Virus record (IMG/VR): IMGVR_UViG_3300021371_000010
Span: 51,926-71,925 of that record
Reading direction: 5' to 3' (one strand)
Length of the DNA stretch: 20,000 nt
From: an uncultured virus (IMG/VR IMGVR_UViG_3300021371_000010)
Taxonomy: Duplodnaviria > Heunggongvirae > Uroviricota > Caudoviricetes
Part shown: positions 1 to 9,082 of the stretch, piece by piece
How the letters are laid out: every line of letters starts with the position of its first letter
Position numbering within the stretch: position 1 is the first letter of the stretch
Program-made: the position numbers and the translations under genes
Notes under the pieces: model-generated
Told to the model about the DNA's origin: nothing
Seen by the model: only the letters and a program-made list of their open reading frames with translations
The model's database searches: none

Positions 1-2
1 AG

Positions 3-290
3 AAAAATAATGTCATACTAGCATCATACGGAACATTCTCAACTGGAGTAAATATCAAGAAGATCGACAATGTTGTATTCGCATCTCCTTCAAAGTCACG
101 TATACGTAATCTACAGTCTATTGGTAGAGGGTTACGTAAGACAGATGGTAAGACATCGATGAGACTCTTTGATATCTCAGACAATTTACAAAACAATAAT
201 TATACACTCGAACACTTGAAAGAACGCATAAATATTTACAATGAAGAGCAATTCTCATATGAAATTAAGGAGTTCGATCTAGATGGTTAA
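3..290 (+). CDS. uvsW: UvsW SF2 DNA helicase, C-terminal part (5' truncated by window)
   Basis: Manual translation of frame 3: KNNVILASYGTFSTGVNIKKIDNVVFASPSKSRIRNLQSIGRGLRK...LEHLKERINIYNEEQF; SF2 motifs V/VI as in T4 UvsW; stop TAA 288-290. Confidence 0.93.
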   Translation, partial: KNNVILASYGTFSTGVNIKKIDNVVFASPSKSRIRNLQSIGRGLRKTDGKTSMRLFDISDNLQNNNYTLEHLKERINIYNEEQFSYEIKEFDLDG

Positions 291-783
291 ACCAGCAAAC
301 TTAGTTCCACAAAAGTACGAAGTACTTAAGACAAGAACAGGTGCAGAGATAGTTGGCATGACTAGAGAAACTCCAACAGGCGTTGAAATTACTTTGCCAA
401 TGATTTGTCATTTGCAAGTTGTACCAGGAACAAACAGAACTCAATGCTTATTTTATCCTTACTCGCCACTCTCAGAAGAAGAAAAGATTATAATACCAAA
501 CGAACACATTGCACACAAGTCTAAAATGAATGAGCAATTCATTCCGTTCTATGATAATGCAAGTTCGACTTGGATGAAAATGATAGAGAACAAAACTATA
601 CCTCTTACAGAGTTTAAGAATAGATATAGTGACAATGATCTAAAAAAGTTAGTAGAAGAGTTGGCAGAAAAATATGGACTCGAAGATACTTACATTGACG
701 GCGATGAGTATAATCAGTTAGTCGAAGAGTGGGAAGAATTCGAGTTTGCTGAAGTTCCTAAAGACCCTAAAAAAATTCACTAA
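283..783 (+). CDS. Hypothetical protein (uvsW-adjacent in marine T4-like phages, possibly Sm-like fold)
   Basis: 166-aa ORF overlapping the uvsW stop; N-terminal 'LKTRTGAEIVG' resembles the small beta-rich proteins found between uvsW and gp55; acidic tail. Confidence 0.7.
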   Translation: MVKPANLVPQKYEVLKTRTGAEIVGMTRETPTGVEITLPMICHLQVVPGTNRTQCLFYPYSPLSEEEKIIIPNEHIAHKSKMNEQFIPFYDNASSTWMKMIENKTIPLTEFKNRYSDNDLKKLVEELAEKYGLEDTYIDGDEYNQLVEEWEEFEFAEVPKDPKKIH

Positions 784-809
784 CCTTACCTCTAGAACTT
801 TAGAGAATA

Positions 810-816
810 CTAAATA
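810..816 (+). promoter_or_regulatory. T4-type late promoter variant CTAAATA
   Basis: Intergenic match to the 3' part of the gp55-dependent TATAAATA; same variant in intergenic positions at 14448 and 18871. Confidence 0.55.
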
Positions 817-871
817 AACCGTGTATAACGCGGTGTTATATGATATTATCAATGGAGATTATAATTTAATC

Positions 872-1015
872 ATGACTGAACTAGTCAATAAACTTAACGA
901 AACTGTAGAAACCTTAAAACATATTACAACAGATGACATTACCCAATTCTTAGAAATAGCAGTTCTAATTGGTACGTTTGTCTTTTGTGTATATGCAGTG
1001 TCACCAATTATATGA
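872..1015 (+). CDS. Small membrane protein (47 aa)
   Basis: ATG at 872 (in frame with track ORF 821..1015); MTELVNKLNE...FLEIAVLIGTFVFCVYAVSPII has a C-terminal hydrophobic helix. Confidence 0.6.
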   Translation: MTELVNKLNETVETLKHITTDDITQFLEIAVLIGTFVFCVYAVSPII

Positions 1016-1080
1016 TGCTAAGAAAAGTAATTCAAATTTTCTTTAAATACTGGATCCAACCATGGCATCCGAGAAGTTAA
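1012..1080 (+). CDS. Tiny ORF, 22 aa (MMLRKVIQIFFKYWIQPWHPRS)
   Basis: ATGA overlap with the previous stop suggests translational coupling; not in ORF track. Confidence 0.35.
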   Translation: MMLRKVIQIFFKYWIQPWHPRS

Positions 1081-1256
1081 CACAAAAGGCCCTACAGGTG
1101 GCCAATCTATCCCCTCCTGTTGAGCATTCTTTTATAAACAATTTAGAGAACGTACACCCAATGAGGCAAGTGGCGATCATGTCGGTTGTCCAAGTTGCGG
1201 TCTTTGGATTTATGTTGTTAGCATTTTGGATCATCAATCTTTTTGTTGGTCATTAG
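1062..1256 (+). CDS. Small membrane protein (start may be 1062 or 1161)
   Basis: C-terminal hydrophobic stretch VAIMSVVQVAVFGFMLLAFWIINLFVG. Confidence 0.55.
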   Translation: MASEKLTQKALQVANLSPPVEHSFINNLENVHPMRQVAIMSVVQVAVFGFMLLAFWIINLFVGH

Positions 1257-1373
1257 ATGCGATATATACTATACACTACATTAATTGTTACATTCTTTTA
1301 CGTTACAACGGGTGACCAAGAAAGAATGGGAAGAGCAATACTAAGAGATAATGTAGTGATGTCGAGAGCATAA
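1257..1373 (+). CDS. Small membrane peptide, 38 aa (MRYILYTTLIVTFFYVTTGDQERMGRAILRDNVVMSRA)
   Basis: ATG directly after the TAG of the previous ORF; N-terminal hydrophobic segment; not in ORF track. Confidence 0.5.
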   Translation: MRYILYTTLIVTFFYVTTGDQERMGRAILRDNVVMSRA

Positions 1374-1408
1374 TATATCCCTTATTAGATATATCTGCCC
1401 CCGGCGAC
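1361..1408 (-). ncRNA. Putative 5' stem-loop of an antisense RNA (3' end unknown)
   Basis: Minus strand GUCG..GGGCA-GAUAUAUC-loop-GAUAUAUU-A-UGCUC..CGAC hairpin starting 6 nt after a minus-strand -10 box. Confidence 0.35.
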
Positions 1409-1414
1409 ATATTA

Positions 1415-1452
1415 ATCATAACATGTGAATTTTATCCTCACAAGAGGGTTTT
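1415..1452 (-). promoter_or_regulatory. Minus-strand sigma70-like promoter AAAACCCTC-TTGTGA-N17-TATGAT (extended -10 TG)
   Basis: Read on the reverse complement; same upstream motif and spacing as sites at 1491, 11188 and 14661. Confidence 0.55.
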
Positions 1453-1490
1453 CAAAAAAACTTTAAAAAACTTTCTAAAATAAATACTTA

Positions 1491-1527
1491 AAACCCACTA
1501 GCAAAAACTACTGTTTTAGAGTATTAT
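1491..1527 (+). promoter_or_regulatory. Promoter for gp55: AAACCCAC-TAGCAA-N17-TATTAT
   Basis: 17-nt spacer; gp55 ATG 6 nt after the -10 box with no SD. Confidence 0.55.
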
Positions 1528-1533
1528 AGATAC

Positions 1534-2088
1534 ATGACTAAAAGAAAAGACCCTAAAAAGGCAGAACACTATGTTAATAACAAAGAGTTCACTCAAGCAG
1601 TTGCCGAGTATAACGAAGCAGTAAAACTCGCCAAGGAGAAGGATAAAACACCTCCTCAAATGTCAAACTACATAGGGGAGTGTATCTATAAGATTGCAAC
1701 TCGTCTATCTACTAGACCAAACTTTATTAATTATACTTACAGAGACGAAATGATCTGTGATGCAATTGAAAATTGTATACAGTATATTAATAACTTCAAC
1801 AGAGAAAAGTCCAACAACGCATTCGCATATGTAACACAGATTTGTTATTATGCATTTCTTAGAAGAATCCAAAAGGAGAAAAAGCAAGTCTTTATCAAAC
1901 AACAGATAACAAATGAGACGGGTATTTCTGAGGCGGCATTTGATACAATTGATGGTGATACGTCTGGACTAATAAACACAAATGTTGAATGGATGCAAGA
2001 GAACATGAAAGTTGTCGAGTATTCACCAAGAAAGTCAAAGAGAGCAAAGAAAACTACAAAGAAAAATTTAGACAACTTTACTGAATGA
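1534..2088 (+). CDS. gp55: Late-transcription sigma factor gp55
   Basis: HYVNNKEF, YIGECIYKIA, RPNFINYTYRDEMICDAIENC, NAFAYVTQICYYAFLRRIQKEKKQ are gp55 signatures; followed by gp47/gp46. Confidence 0.96.
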   Translation: MTKRKDPKKAEHYVNNKEFTQAVAEYNEAVKLAKEKDKTPPQMSNYIGECIYKIATRLSTRPNFINYTYRDEMICDAIENCIQYINNFNREKSNNAFAYVTQICYYAFLRRIQKEKKQVFIKQQITNETGISEAAFDTIDGDTSGLINTNVEWMQENMKVVEYSPRKSKRAKKTTKKNLDNFTE

Positions 2089-3152
2089 AAATAGCATTAT
2101 TAAACGATACACATGCGGGTGTCAGAGGCGACATGATGGCAATGTCCGAATATCAAGGACGTTTCTATACTGAAGTATTCTTCCCGTATCTTGACGAACA
2201 TGATATCAAACATATCATTCATTTAGGAGATTACTTTGATAGACGTAAGTATGTAAACTTTGCTAGTCTACATAATAATCGTAAGCATTTCATTGATCCT
2301 ATGTTAGAGAGAGGGATATCAATGGACCTTATATTGGGTAACCATGATGTCTATTATAAATCTACAAATGATGTAAATGCACCTGAACTATTGCTTTTTG
2401 CAGATGATAACATTAACGTTATCTCAGACCCCATTGTTAAAGAATACGATGGGTTCAATATAGCATTAGTGCCATGGATTAATAATGAGAACTATGCAGA
2501 CTCAGTAGACTTTTTGCTATCAGCAAATGCATCTTGGTGTATGGGTCATTTCGAAATTGAAGGTGCAATCATGCACCCAGGAATGACATGCCCACATGGA
2601 TTAGATCACACTTACGTAAAACGTTTTGAAAAAGTACTTAGTGGTCACTTTCATCATAAATCAGAAGTAGGTAATGTTAGATACCTAGGTTCTCAAATGC
2701 AATTTACATGGTCAGATTATGGTGATCAAAAATACTTCCATGTATTTGATACAGAGGATCAAAGTCTAACGCCTGTTCATAACCCACTTACTATGTTCGA
2801 AAAAGTATTCTATGATGATACAAAAGAATCATTCGAAACAATTAGTAATAGAGATTACAGTCAATATAATAATAAGTTTGTCAAAGTTGTTGTAGTAAAC
2901 AAAGACAATCCATATTGGTTTGATACAATGATTGATAAGTTACATGGTGCAGAACCACTGCACATGACGATTGTTGATGATCACAAACACATGGACTTAT
3001 TATCAGATGAAGAATTAGAGGGTGTAGAAGATACACTTACGATTCTACAGAAGTATGTTGACGGTCTAGAAATTCAAGGAGAAAAAAATCACTTAACAGA
3101 ATTGGTTACTTCATTGTATAATGAAGCATTAGATGAACACAATTATATATGA
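2085..3152 (+). CDS. gp47: Recombination endonuclease subunit gp47 (Mre11/SbcD-like)
   Basis: Metallophosphoesterase motifs DTHAG, HLGDYFD, GNHD, GHFE, SGHFH; ATGA overlap with gp55. Confidence 0.95.
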   Translation: MKIALLNDTHAGVRGDMMAMSEYQGRFYTEVFFPYLDEHDIKHIIHLGDYFDRRKYVNFASLHNNRKHFIDPMLERGISMDLILGNHDVYYKSTNDVNAPELLLFADDNINVISDPIVKEYDGFNIALVPWINNENYADSVDFLLSANASWCMGHFEIEGAIMHPGMTCPHGLDHTYVKRFEKVLSGHFHHKSEVGNVRYLGSQMQFTWSDYGDQKYFHVFDTEDQSLTPVHNPLTMFEKVFYDDTKESFETISNRDYSQYNNKFVKVVVVNKDNPYWFDTMIDKLHGAEPLHMTIVDDHKHMDLLSDEELEGVEDTLTILQKYVDGLEIQGEKNHLTELVTSLYNEALDEHNYI

Positions 3153-4867
3153 TAAAATTTAAACAGGTACGATGGAAGAACTTGCTTTCATCTGGTAATA
3201 AATTTACCACAATTGAATTAGATAGATCGAGTACAACTCTTATACTTGGTGAAAACGGTGCAGGAAAGTCAACGTTATTAGATGCATTATGTTTTGGACT
3301 ATATGGTAAGGGGTTTAGAAATCTAAAAAAAGAACTACTTGTTAACTCAGTCAATGGAAAAGAACTACTTGTAGAAGTCGACTTCGAAGTAGGAAAGAAA
3401 AAATATAAAGTCATAAGGGGTACACGCCCCAATCGTTTCGAATTATATCTCGGAAAAACTATGCTCAATCAAGATGCAAGTGTACGAGATTATCAAGACC
3501 ACTTAGAAAAGAATATACTCAAAATGAGTCATAGGTCTTTTACTCAAGTGGCAATACTAGGATCAGCAAACTTTACACCGTTCATGCAACTGAAAGCAAA
3601 AGATAGGCGTAAACTAGTTGAAGACCTACTAGATATATCTATATTCTCTACTATGAGAGACATACTTAGAAAGAAAGTACAGTCACATAAAATAGAGATT
3701 AAAGATACAGATCATGAAGTTGAAATTCTTGAAGAAAGAATTAGTGGTCTTACTGAACAGTTGAATGCTCTTCAGAAGAATCGTGATGAACAAATTGGTA
3801 AGTATGAATCTACAGTGAAGGAAACAGAAAACAACATTGCAAACCTCATGGAGAAAGTAGATGAAAAGACGCAAAATGTGGTGGAGAAAGAATCCACTAT
3901 CACGAATAAAAGTACTACAGAAAGTAAACTCAAACAGATTGTTGAATTGGAGAAACAACTCGAAGCAACTCGAAAGAAAGCAAATACAGATATTGAATTC
4001 TACGAGAACAACGACAACTGCCCCACATGTAAACAGGGTCTAGACCATGAACACAAGAAGAAGCACATTGAGGAGAAGCAGAATAAAATCTCAGAGATCA
4101 AGACGGCGATGTCAACTCTTGACAAACAAGTCTCAGAACTCAGAGACGAAATCGACAGAATCAATGAAGTCCAGCACCAGATAAATGAAGTACAAAGAGA
4201 GATAGGACTTTTACAGACTGAAGTTACATCTAATCAAAAGTATATTCATAAACTTAATGGTCAAATAAAAGAGTTAAGTAAGAATATTTCTGGTGATGAT
4301 AGTGTACAGAATAGACTTACATCAAACGAGGACGACTTAGATAAACTACATGCTAAACAGAAGACACTAAAAGAACGAGGTCATTACTTTGAACTTGCTC
4401 AGTTACTTCTTAAAGATGAGGGCATCAAGTCAAAAATAATTAAACAATATGTACCAGTGATGAACAAGATGATTACAAAGTATCTTGCATCATTAGAATT
4501 CTATGTAGGGTTTGAACTTGATGAGAACTTTGAAGAGACTATTAAGTCTAGATTCAGAGACGTATTCAAATACGATAACTTCTCTCAAGGTGAGAAGATG
4601 AGAATCGATTTAGCATTACTCTTTACATGGAGATCAGTTGCAAGAATGAAGAATTCTGTTAACACTAATCTGTTAATACTAGATGAGGTGTTTGACTCTT
4701 CACTTGATGCACAGGGTACAGACGACTTTTTAAGATTGTTAAATACATTATCTGAAAAGACGAATGCATTTATCATATCTCACAAGGGCGATCAACTCTA
4801 TGATAAGTTTGAAGAGGTGATTAAATTTGAGAAGTATAAAAACTTCTCTCGAATTTCAGTATCATAA
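3149..4867 (+). CDS. gp46: Recombination endonuclease subunit gp46 (Rad50/SbcC-like ATPase)
   Basis: Walker A GENGAGKS, coiled coil with CPTC zinc hook, signature FSQGEKMRIDLA, Walker B LLILDEVFD, ISH. Confidence 0.96.
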   Translation: MIKFKQVRWKNLLSSGNKFTTIELDRSSTTLILGENGAGKSTLLDALCFGLYGKGFRNLKKELLVNSVNGKELLVEVDFEVGKKKYKVIRGTRPNRFELYLGKTMLNQDASVRDYQDHLEKNILKMSHRSFTQVAILGSANFTPFMQLKAKDRRKLVEDLLDISIFSTMRDILRKKVQSHKIEIKDTDHEVEILEERISGLTEQLNALQKNRDEQIGKYESTVKETENNIANLMEKVDEKTQNVVEKESTITNKSTTESKLKQIVELEKQLEATRKKANTDIEFYENNDNCPTCKQGLDHEHKKKHIEEKQNKISEIKTAMSTLDKQVSELRDEIDRINEVQHQINEVQREIGLLQTEVTSNQKYIHKLNGQIKELSKNISGDDSVQNRLTSNEDDLDKLHAKQKTLKERGHYFELAQLLLKDEGIKSKIIKQYVPVMNKMITKYLASLEFYVGFELDENFEETIKSRFRDVFKYDNFSQGEKMRIDLALLFTWRSVARMKNSVNTNLLILDEVFDSSLDAQGTDDFLRLLNTLSEKTNAFIISHKGDQLYDKFEEVIKFEKYKNFSRISVS

Positions 4868-4870
4868 ATA
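4864..4870 (+). promoter_or_regulatory. Late promoter ATAAATA upstream of def
   Basis: Overlaps gp46 stop; 7 nt before the def ATG, same spacing as at 15080. Confidence 0.5.
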
Positions 4871-4877
4871 AAAGCAT

Positions 4878-5510
4878 ATGTACGAATTAATAGAAGAAGC
4901 AAGTAAAGTTTTAAGAACTCCACCACCCGAGTTTGATTTTGAGAATCCTAAGGAAGATCCTAAGGAAATCGAAAAGAATATGATTGAAGCAATGGACAAG
5001 TTTGGTGGTATAGGTCTATCTGCTAATCAAGTTGGATTACCTTACAAAATGTTTGTAATGAAATCTGCTGATAAGGGTACAGTTGCTTTTTTTAATCCAA
5101 AGATAACAAGGTTGTCACAAGAAACGGATATGATGAAAGAAGGGTGTTTGTCATTTCCCGACATATACCTAATGATTAAACGGGCAAAAGTGGTAGAACT
5201 TGAATACCAAGATGCAGATGGAGAACAACATACACTTGTATTAGAAGGACTAGCAAGTCGATGTGTACAACATGAAGTCGATCATCTAAATGGTATTGTG
5301 TTTCTACAAAGAGCATCAAGACTTAAAATTGAACGTGCATTAAAGTCACGAGATAAAGAAAAACGTAAACGGTTAGAATATGAAAGAAGAGTTGCAATCG
5401 CAAAATACTTCCAAGAACGTGCAGAAGCAGATAAAGATTCCAGCGGATCCAGTGATGATACCGAATCTACTGGAGAAGAATCAAGCACAGGAACTGATCA
5501 AGTTTCATAG
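4878..5510 (+). CDS. def: Peptide deformylase
   Basis: Three PDF motifs: GIGLSANQVG, EGCLS, QHEVDHLNG. Confidence 0.95.
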   Translation: MYELIEEASKVLRTPPPEFDFENPKEDPKEIEKNMIEAMDKFGGIGLSANQVGLPYKMFVMKSADKGTVAFFNPKITRLSQETDMMKEGCLSFPDIYLMIKRAKVVELEYQDADGEQHTLVLEGLASRCVQHEVDHLNGIVFLQRASRLKIERALKSRDKEKRKRLEYERRVAIAKYFQERAEADKDSSGSSDDTESTGEESSTGTDQVS

Positions 5511-6099
5511 AGAACACGATCATCTGTACAGAATAGGAAACGAAAGGGAATACTTAGGTATTCGTTTCATGCATATCCATACACAATGGATTCGTGATTT
5601 ATTGATAAGAATTTCATATGATTTGGTTGGCAATATCAGAAAGATATCTAATCAAGTAGTGTGGCCAGAAATGATTGCTTTAAATGAATGGCCAATTGGG
5701 GGTGAACAACACCCTCATGTCGACACATATTCTAATCAAGAAATGAATCATCAAACAACTATCGATAGACCAGCAAGAGAATGGACATGTATTCTATATC
5801 TCAATGATGATTTCAGAGGTGGTCGAACTTATATACCTGAAGGTCAAGAAATGAACTTTGATGGTGTTGTAAGAGACTATCAATATCAAGTCTTTGAACC
5901 AGAAGCATGTGCTGGACTTCTCTTTCAAGGAATCTATCTACCCCATGGCGTAGAAAAAATCAGAAGAAATTCACGATACACTGTATCATTTTGGTTCTCA
6001 TCATCACCAGAAAAGCAGATGATGATGCAACCTGTCCACGATCTAAATCTAGATGAAGATTCATGGCGACTTGCTATGAAAGAAGACGGCCGAATCTAA
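5380..6099 (+). CDS. 2OG-Fe(II) oxygenase (prolyl-4-hydroxylase-like); start may be 5455
   Basis: HVD (HxD), CILYLNDDFRGG, distal HGV and R-Y-T-V-S-F-W 2OG-binding strand. Confidence 0.88.
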   Translation: MKEELQSQNTSKNVQKQIKIPADPVMIPNLLEKNQAQELIKFHREHDHLYRIGNEREYLGIRFMHIHTQWIRDLLIRISYDLVGNIRKISNQVVWPEMIALNEWPIGGEQHPHVDTYSNQEMNHQTTIDRPAREWTCILYLNDDFRGGRTYIPEGQEMNFDGVVRDYQYQVFEPEACAGLLFQGIYLPHGVEKIRRNSRYTVSFWFSSSPEKQMMMQPVHDLNLDEDSWRLAMKEDGRI

Positions 6100-6117
6100 A
6101 AAAACTTTCCTAAGACC

Positions 6118-6147
6118 TTGACAATGGGTCTCACTTTTTTATATACT
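6118..6147 (+). promoter_or_regulatory. Early sigma70 promoter TTGACA-N18-TATACT
   Basis: Consensus -35, near-consensus -10, A-tract upstream, AAGGAG SD downstream before ATG 6177. Confidence 0.8.
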
Positions 6148-6176
6148 AGTAGAGTAATAAAGAAAGGAGATACATT

Positions 6177-6380
6177 ATGTCAAACAATACAAATACAATG
6201 ATACTTGAGAAGATTCAGGACGATGTTCTTGAACTGTTCGATGGTGATGTCTGGAATGTAATCTGGGCAATAGAGAAAGAGTTCGGAATCGGTGCTTTAC
6301 CGGGTGAATTCACTACAGATGATTGCTTCATCGATTGTCTAATCAATCTTAGATTCGAACAACTAGGAGATATGGCGTGA
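6177..6380 (+). CDS. Hypothetical acidic early protein
   Basis: Strong SD (AAAGGAG) and early promoter upstream. Confidence 0.75.
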   Translation: MSNNTNTMILEKIQDDVLELFDGDVWNVIWAIEKEFGIGALPGEFTTDDCFIDCLINLRFEQLGDMA

Positions 6381-6652
6381 GTCTGTTATCAATAGTTAAC
6401 GAGTTCGATCTTTTTAGATACAAACAAAACGGAAAATCATACGAAGGTTTCGTAAAGAAAGTGGGCAATGATTTCATAGAAGGAAGATTCTTTGAGACAG
6501 ACCAATACAGTCTGAGAAAAGGAGACTTCTTTGATACAACAATTCTTCTAGAATCTTTTGAAGGTCTAGAAATGGAATGGTGGTTTGATGGACAAGGTTG
6601 CGACAACTCTGCAATTGGTGTAAGTGGTTGTTGGGAAACTTTTTTAAATTAA
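6377..6652 (+). CDS. Hypothetical early protein
   Basis: GTGA overlap, AGGAG SD upstream. Confidence 0.7.
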   Translation: MSLLSIVNEFDLFRYKQNGKSYEGFVKKVGNDFIEGRFFETDQYSLRKGDFFDTTILLESFEGLEMEWWFDGQGCDNSAIGVSGCWETFLN

Positions 6653-6655
6653 ACC

Positions 6656-6685
6656 TTGACAGTAACCCCTACTTTTTTATATACT
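6656..6685 (+). promoter_or_regulatory. Early sigma70 promoter TTGACA-N18-TATACT
   Basis: Near copy of the 6118 promoter; the track's TTG start at 6656 is actually this -35 box. Confidence 0.8.
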
Positions 6686-6691
6686 AATCCT

Positions 6692-9082
6692 ATGACTGAG
6701 AAACTTAAAAATCAAAAATCAACTCTTGCGAAACTGATGGCGTCAGAAGACATCACAGTTCTTCACAAGAAAATACCAACTGCATACTTTGATGTAAAGA
6801 ACAGGATACTTGCTTGTCCTACTTTCAAAGATGATATTTCACCAGAACTTTATGACTTGTTTATGGGTCACGAAGTTGGTCATGCATTGAATACACCTTT
6901 CGAAGGGTTACATTCTACTCTTAAAGAGAATAGAACTCTCAAGGGTTATCTCAATGTTGTAGAAGATGTCAGAATTGAAAGAAAGATTAAAGACAAGTTT
7001 GCTGGACTTAGAAAGTCTTTTTATGCCGCATACAATGAATTGATGCAGAGAGACTTCTTTGGAATCAAAGATAGAAATCTTCAAGAACTTTCATTGATTG
7101 ACAAGATCAATTTGATCACCAAGTGTGGTTCAAGAGTTTCAATTACACTGACCGATGAAGAGCAGGTGTTCTTAGATGCTTCACTTAAGTGTGAGACATG
7201 GGAAGATGTTGTTCAAGTTGCTACAGCAATCTATGAGTGGTCAAAAGAAAACGAAACAAGAGACGAATCAGACCAAGCAATCACTTATCAGTATTCAGAT
7301 ATCGAAGATATCGACGAAGATGAGGACGATTTCGAAGAAGATTATGAAGATGATTTTGGTTCTGATGGCGAAGAGTCAGACGTAGAGCAAGAGAACTCAG
7401 AGCAAGAAGACTCTCTCCCAGACGTTCCTACGGGTACTGGAGACGTTCCAGCGGGTGCTTCTGAAGAGACTGAAGACGATGTATCAGAGTCAGAAGAGCA
7501 GATTAAACAGACTGGTGGCAAGTTCGGTGGTACTTCTTACGGAATGCATGACGATGAAAATGGTGCTAGAGAATCATTGACTGAACATTTTGCTCACAAT
7601 AATGAAGACCAGTTCATAGATGAGAATGCTTGTATCAAAACTAGCATCGATCTTAAAAAGAACTGGAAGAACATAGATGATATGTACTACTCTTACACTG
7701 AGGTGTTCAACGACTTCGATCAAATGATGGTGATCACTGATGCCGACAAAGCAGATAATTGGAAGTTAAAAAGAAAACAAGAGTCAATGCAATTTATACC
7801 TCTTGCTGGACCTGGTACTAGAAAATATCTACAAGACAAAAACAAAAGTATTGTTGCCCACATGGCAAAAGAGTTTGAAATGAGACAGACTGCCATGAGA
7901 TCAGCAAAAGCATTCACTGGTAAAAGTGGTCAACTTGATATGAATAGACTTGCAAAGTATCAGATCATTGAAGATGTATTCAAGAGAGTTACTTATTTAC
8001 CAGACGGAAAGAATCACGGTGTTAACGTGTTACTTGACTGGTCAGGTTCTATCTCTCATGAGATTAAAGACTTGATCGAGCAAACTTTCATCTTATCAGA
8101 ATTCTGTAACAAAGTTCAGATTCCTTTCAGAATCTTCTTGTTCTCAGATTCAATTATGAGAGGTGAAGATTACTGGTCAAGTGGTGAGGGCAAACTTGTA
8201 GAACTTCTTTCAAACGAAATGAGTGGTAAAAAGTACACTAAGGGTTTGAATATTCTTTCTCAAATGTACATGCACTTCTGGAAATCTGAAATACTTCAAG
8301 GTTGGGAACCTGCTGATTCAGAAGATGTTGAATTATTAAATTCAATATTCAACCTTGACCCAGAAGATGCCTCATATTATGATAAGAGAAATGATCTTAA
8401 TTATTGTGACTTGGTCCCAAACAACTTCAGACTTGGCGGGACACCTCTTAATCACTGTTTACTAGCAATGAGAAAGTGGATCCCAGAGTTCAACAGAATG
8501 TACGGAATTGAAAAGTCAATCATGACAATTATCACTGATGGTTTCAGTCATGAATCAGACTTGCTCAGACAGTCCGACGAAGAGTTTGCAGATGCTAAGT
8601 CTCAGATGGGTAGTGACTGGATCGGCAGATCAAACATGAAAAGATACTTGATTGATCCTTACACTAACAAGACGTATCTTTACCATGAACCAAGTGACTA
8701 CAACTATGGTGACTGGAACAGAACTGCTAATCTACTTGAGTGGATATCAGAAACTTGTAACGTTACAATCACTGGTTACTTTGTCTTCAGTAAGAAGAAA
8801 GATTTTTCAACTACTACCCACTACATGCCTGGCATTTCTTGGGAAGAGAAAGATGAAATCTGGAAAGCAATGAGAAAGACTGGTTACGTTTTCAAAACTA
8901 AAGGTTACAACAAGTTATTCTTTACTTACAAAAATAACTTAACTGCATCAAGTGATACTGAATTGTCAGACGACTTGGTCGATGCTAAGAAGTCTAGGTT
9001 GACTTCAGCATTTAAAAAGAATCAGAAGTCTAAAGTAACATCTAGATTTCTAACAACTGAGTTCATAAAGGAGATAGCATAA
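6692..9082 (+). CDS. HExxH metallopeptidase-like plus vWA (MIDAS) domain protein, CobT-like partner of the MoxR/CobS ATPase
   Basis: GHEVGHAL...NVVEDVRIE (gluzincin-like), long acidic linker, LLDWSGS, GGTPL and ITDG MIDAS motifs; ATG 6692 lies 6 nt after the -10 box. Confidence 0.85.
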   Translation: MTEKLKNQKSTLAKLMASEDITVLHKKIPTAYFDVKNRILACPTFKDDISPELYDLFMGHEVGHALNTPFEGLHSTLKENRTLKGYLNVVEDVRIERKIKDKFAGLRKSFYAAYNELMQRDFFGIKDRNLQELSLIDKINLITKCGSRVSITLTDEEQVFLDASLKCETWEDVVQVATAIYEWSKENETRDESDQAITYQYSDIEDIDEDEDDFEEDYEDDFGSDGEESDVEQENSEQEDSLPDVPTGTGDVPAGASEETEDDVSESEEQIKQTGGKFGGTSYGMHDDENGARESLTEHFAHNNEDQFIDENACIKTSIDLKKNWKNIDDMYYSYTEVFNDFDQMMVITDADKADNWKLKRKQESMQFIPLAGPGTRKYLQDKNKSIVAHMAKEFEMRQTAMRSAKAFTGKSGQLDMNRLAKYQIIEDVFKRVTYLPDGKNHGVNVLLDWSGSISHEIKDLIEQTFILSEFCNKVQIPFRIFLFSDSIMRGEDYWSSGEGKLVELLSNEMSGKKYTKGLNILSQMYMHFWKSEILQGWEPADSEDVELLNSIFNLDPEDASYYDKRNDLNYCDLVPNNFRLGGTPLNHCLLAMRKWIPEFNRMYGIEKSIMTIITDGFSHESDLLRQSDEEFADAKSQMGSDWIGRSNMKRYLIDPYTNKTYLYHEPSDYNYGDWNRTANLLEWISETCNVTITGYFVFSKKKDFSTTTHYMPGISWEEKDEIWKAMRKTGYVFKTKGYNKLFFTYKNNLTASSDTELSDDLVDAKKSRLTSAFKKNQKSKVTSRFLTTEFIKEIA

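Noticed and set aside
3328..3372. 15-nt direct repeat AAAAGAACTACTTGT in gp46
   Set aside because: Only two copies, in frame (KELLV twice); not a CRISPR array or mobile element end
6656..6691. Track start of the 808-aa ORF at TTG 6656 (similarly 11169, 11467, 16083, 18986)
   Set aside because: Upstream extensions overlap promoters or neighbouring genes; downstream ATGs fit SD, promoter or signal peptide better
7290..7500. GAA/GAT-rich low complexity and DVPTG/DVPAG duplication
   Set aside because: Acidic linker typical of CobT-like proteins
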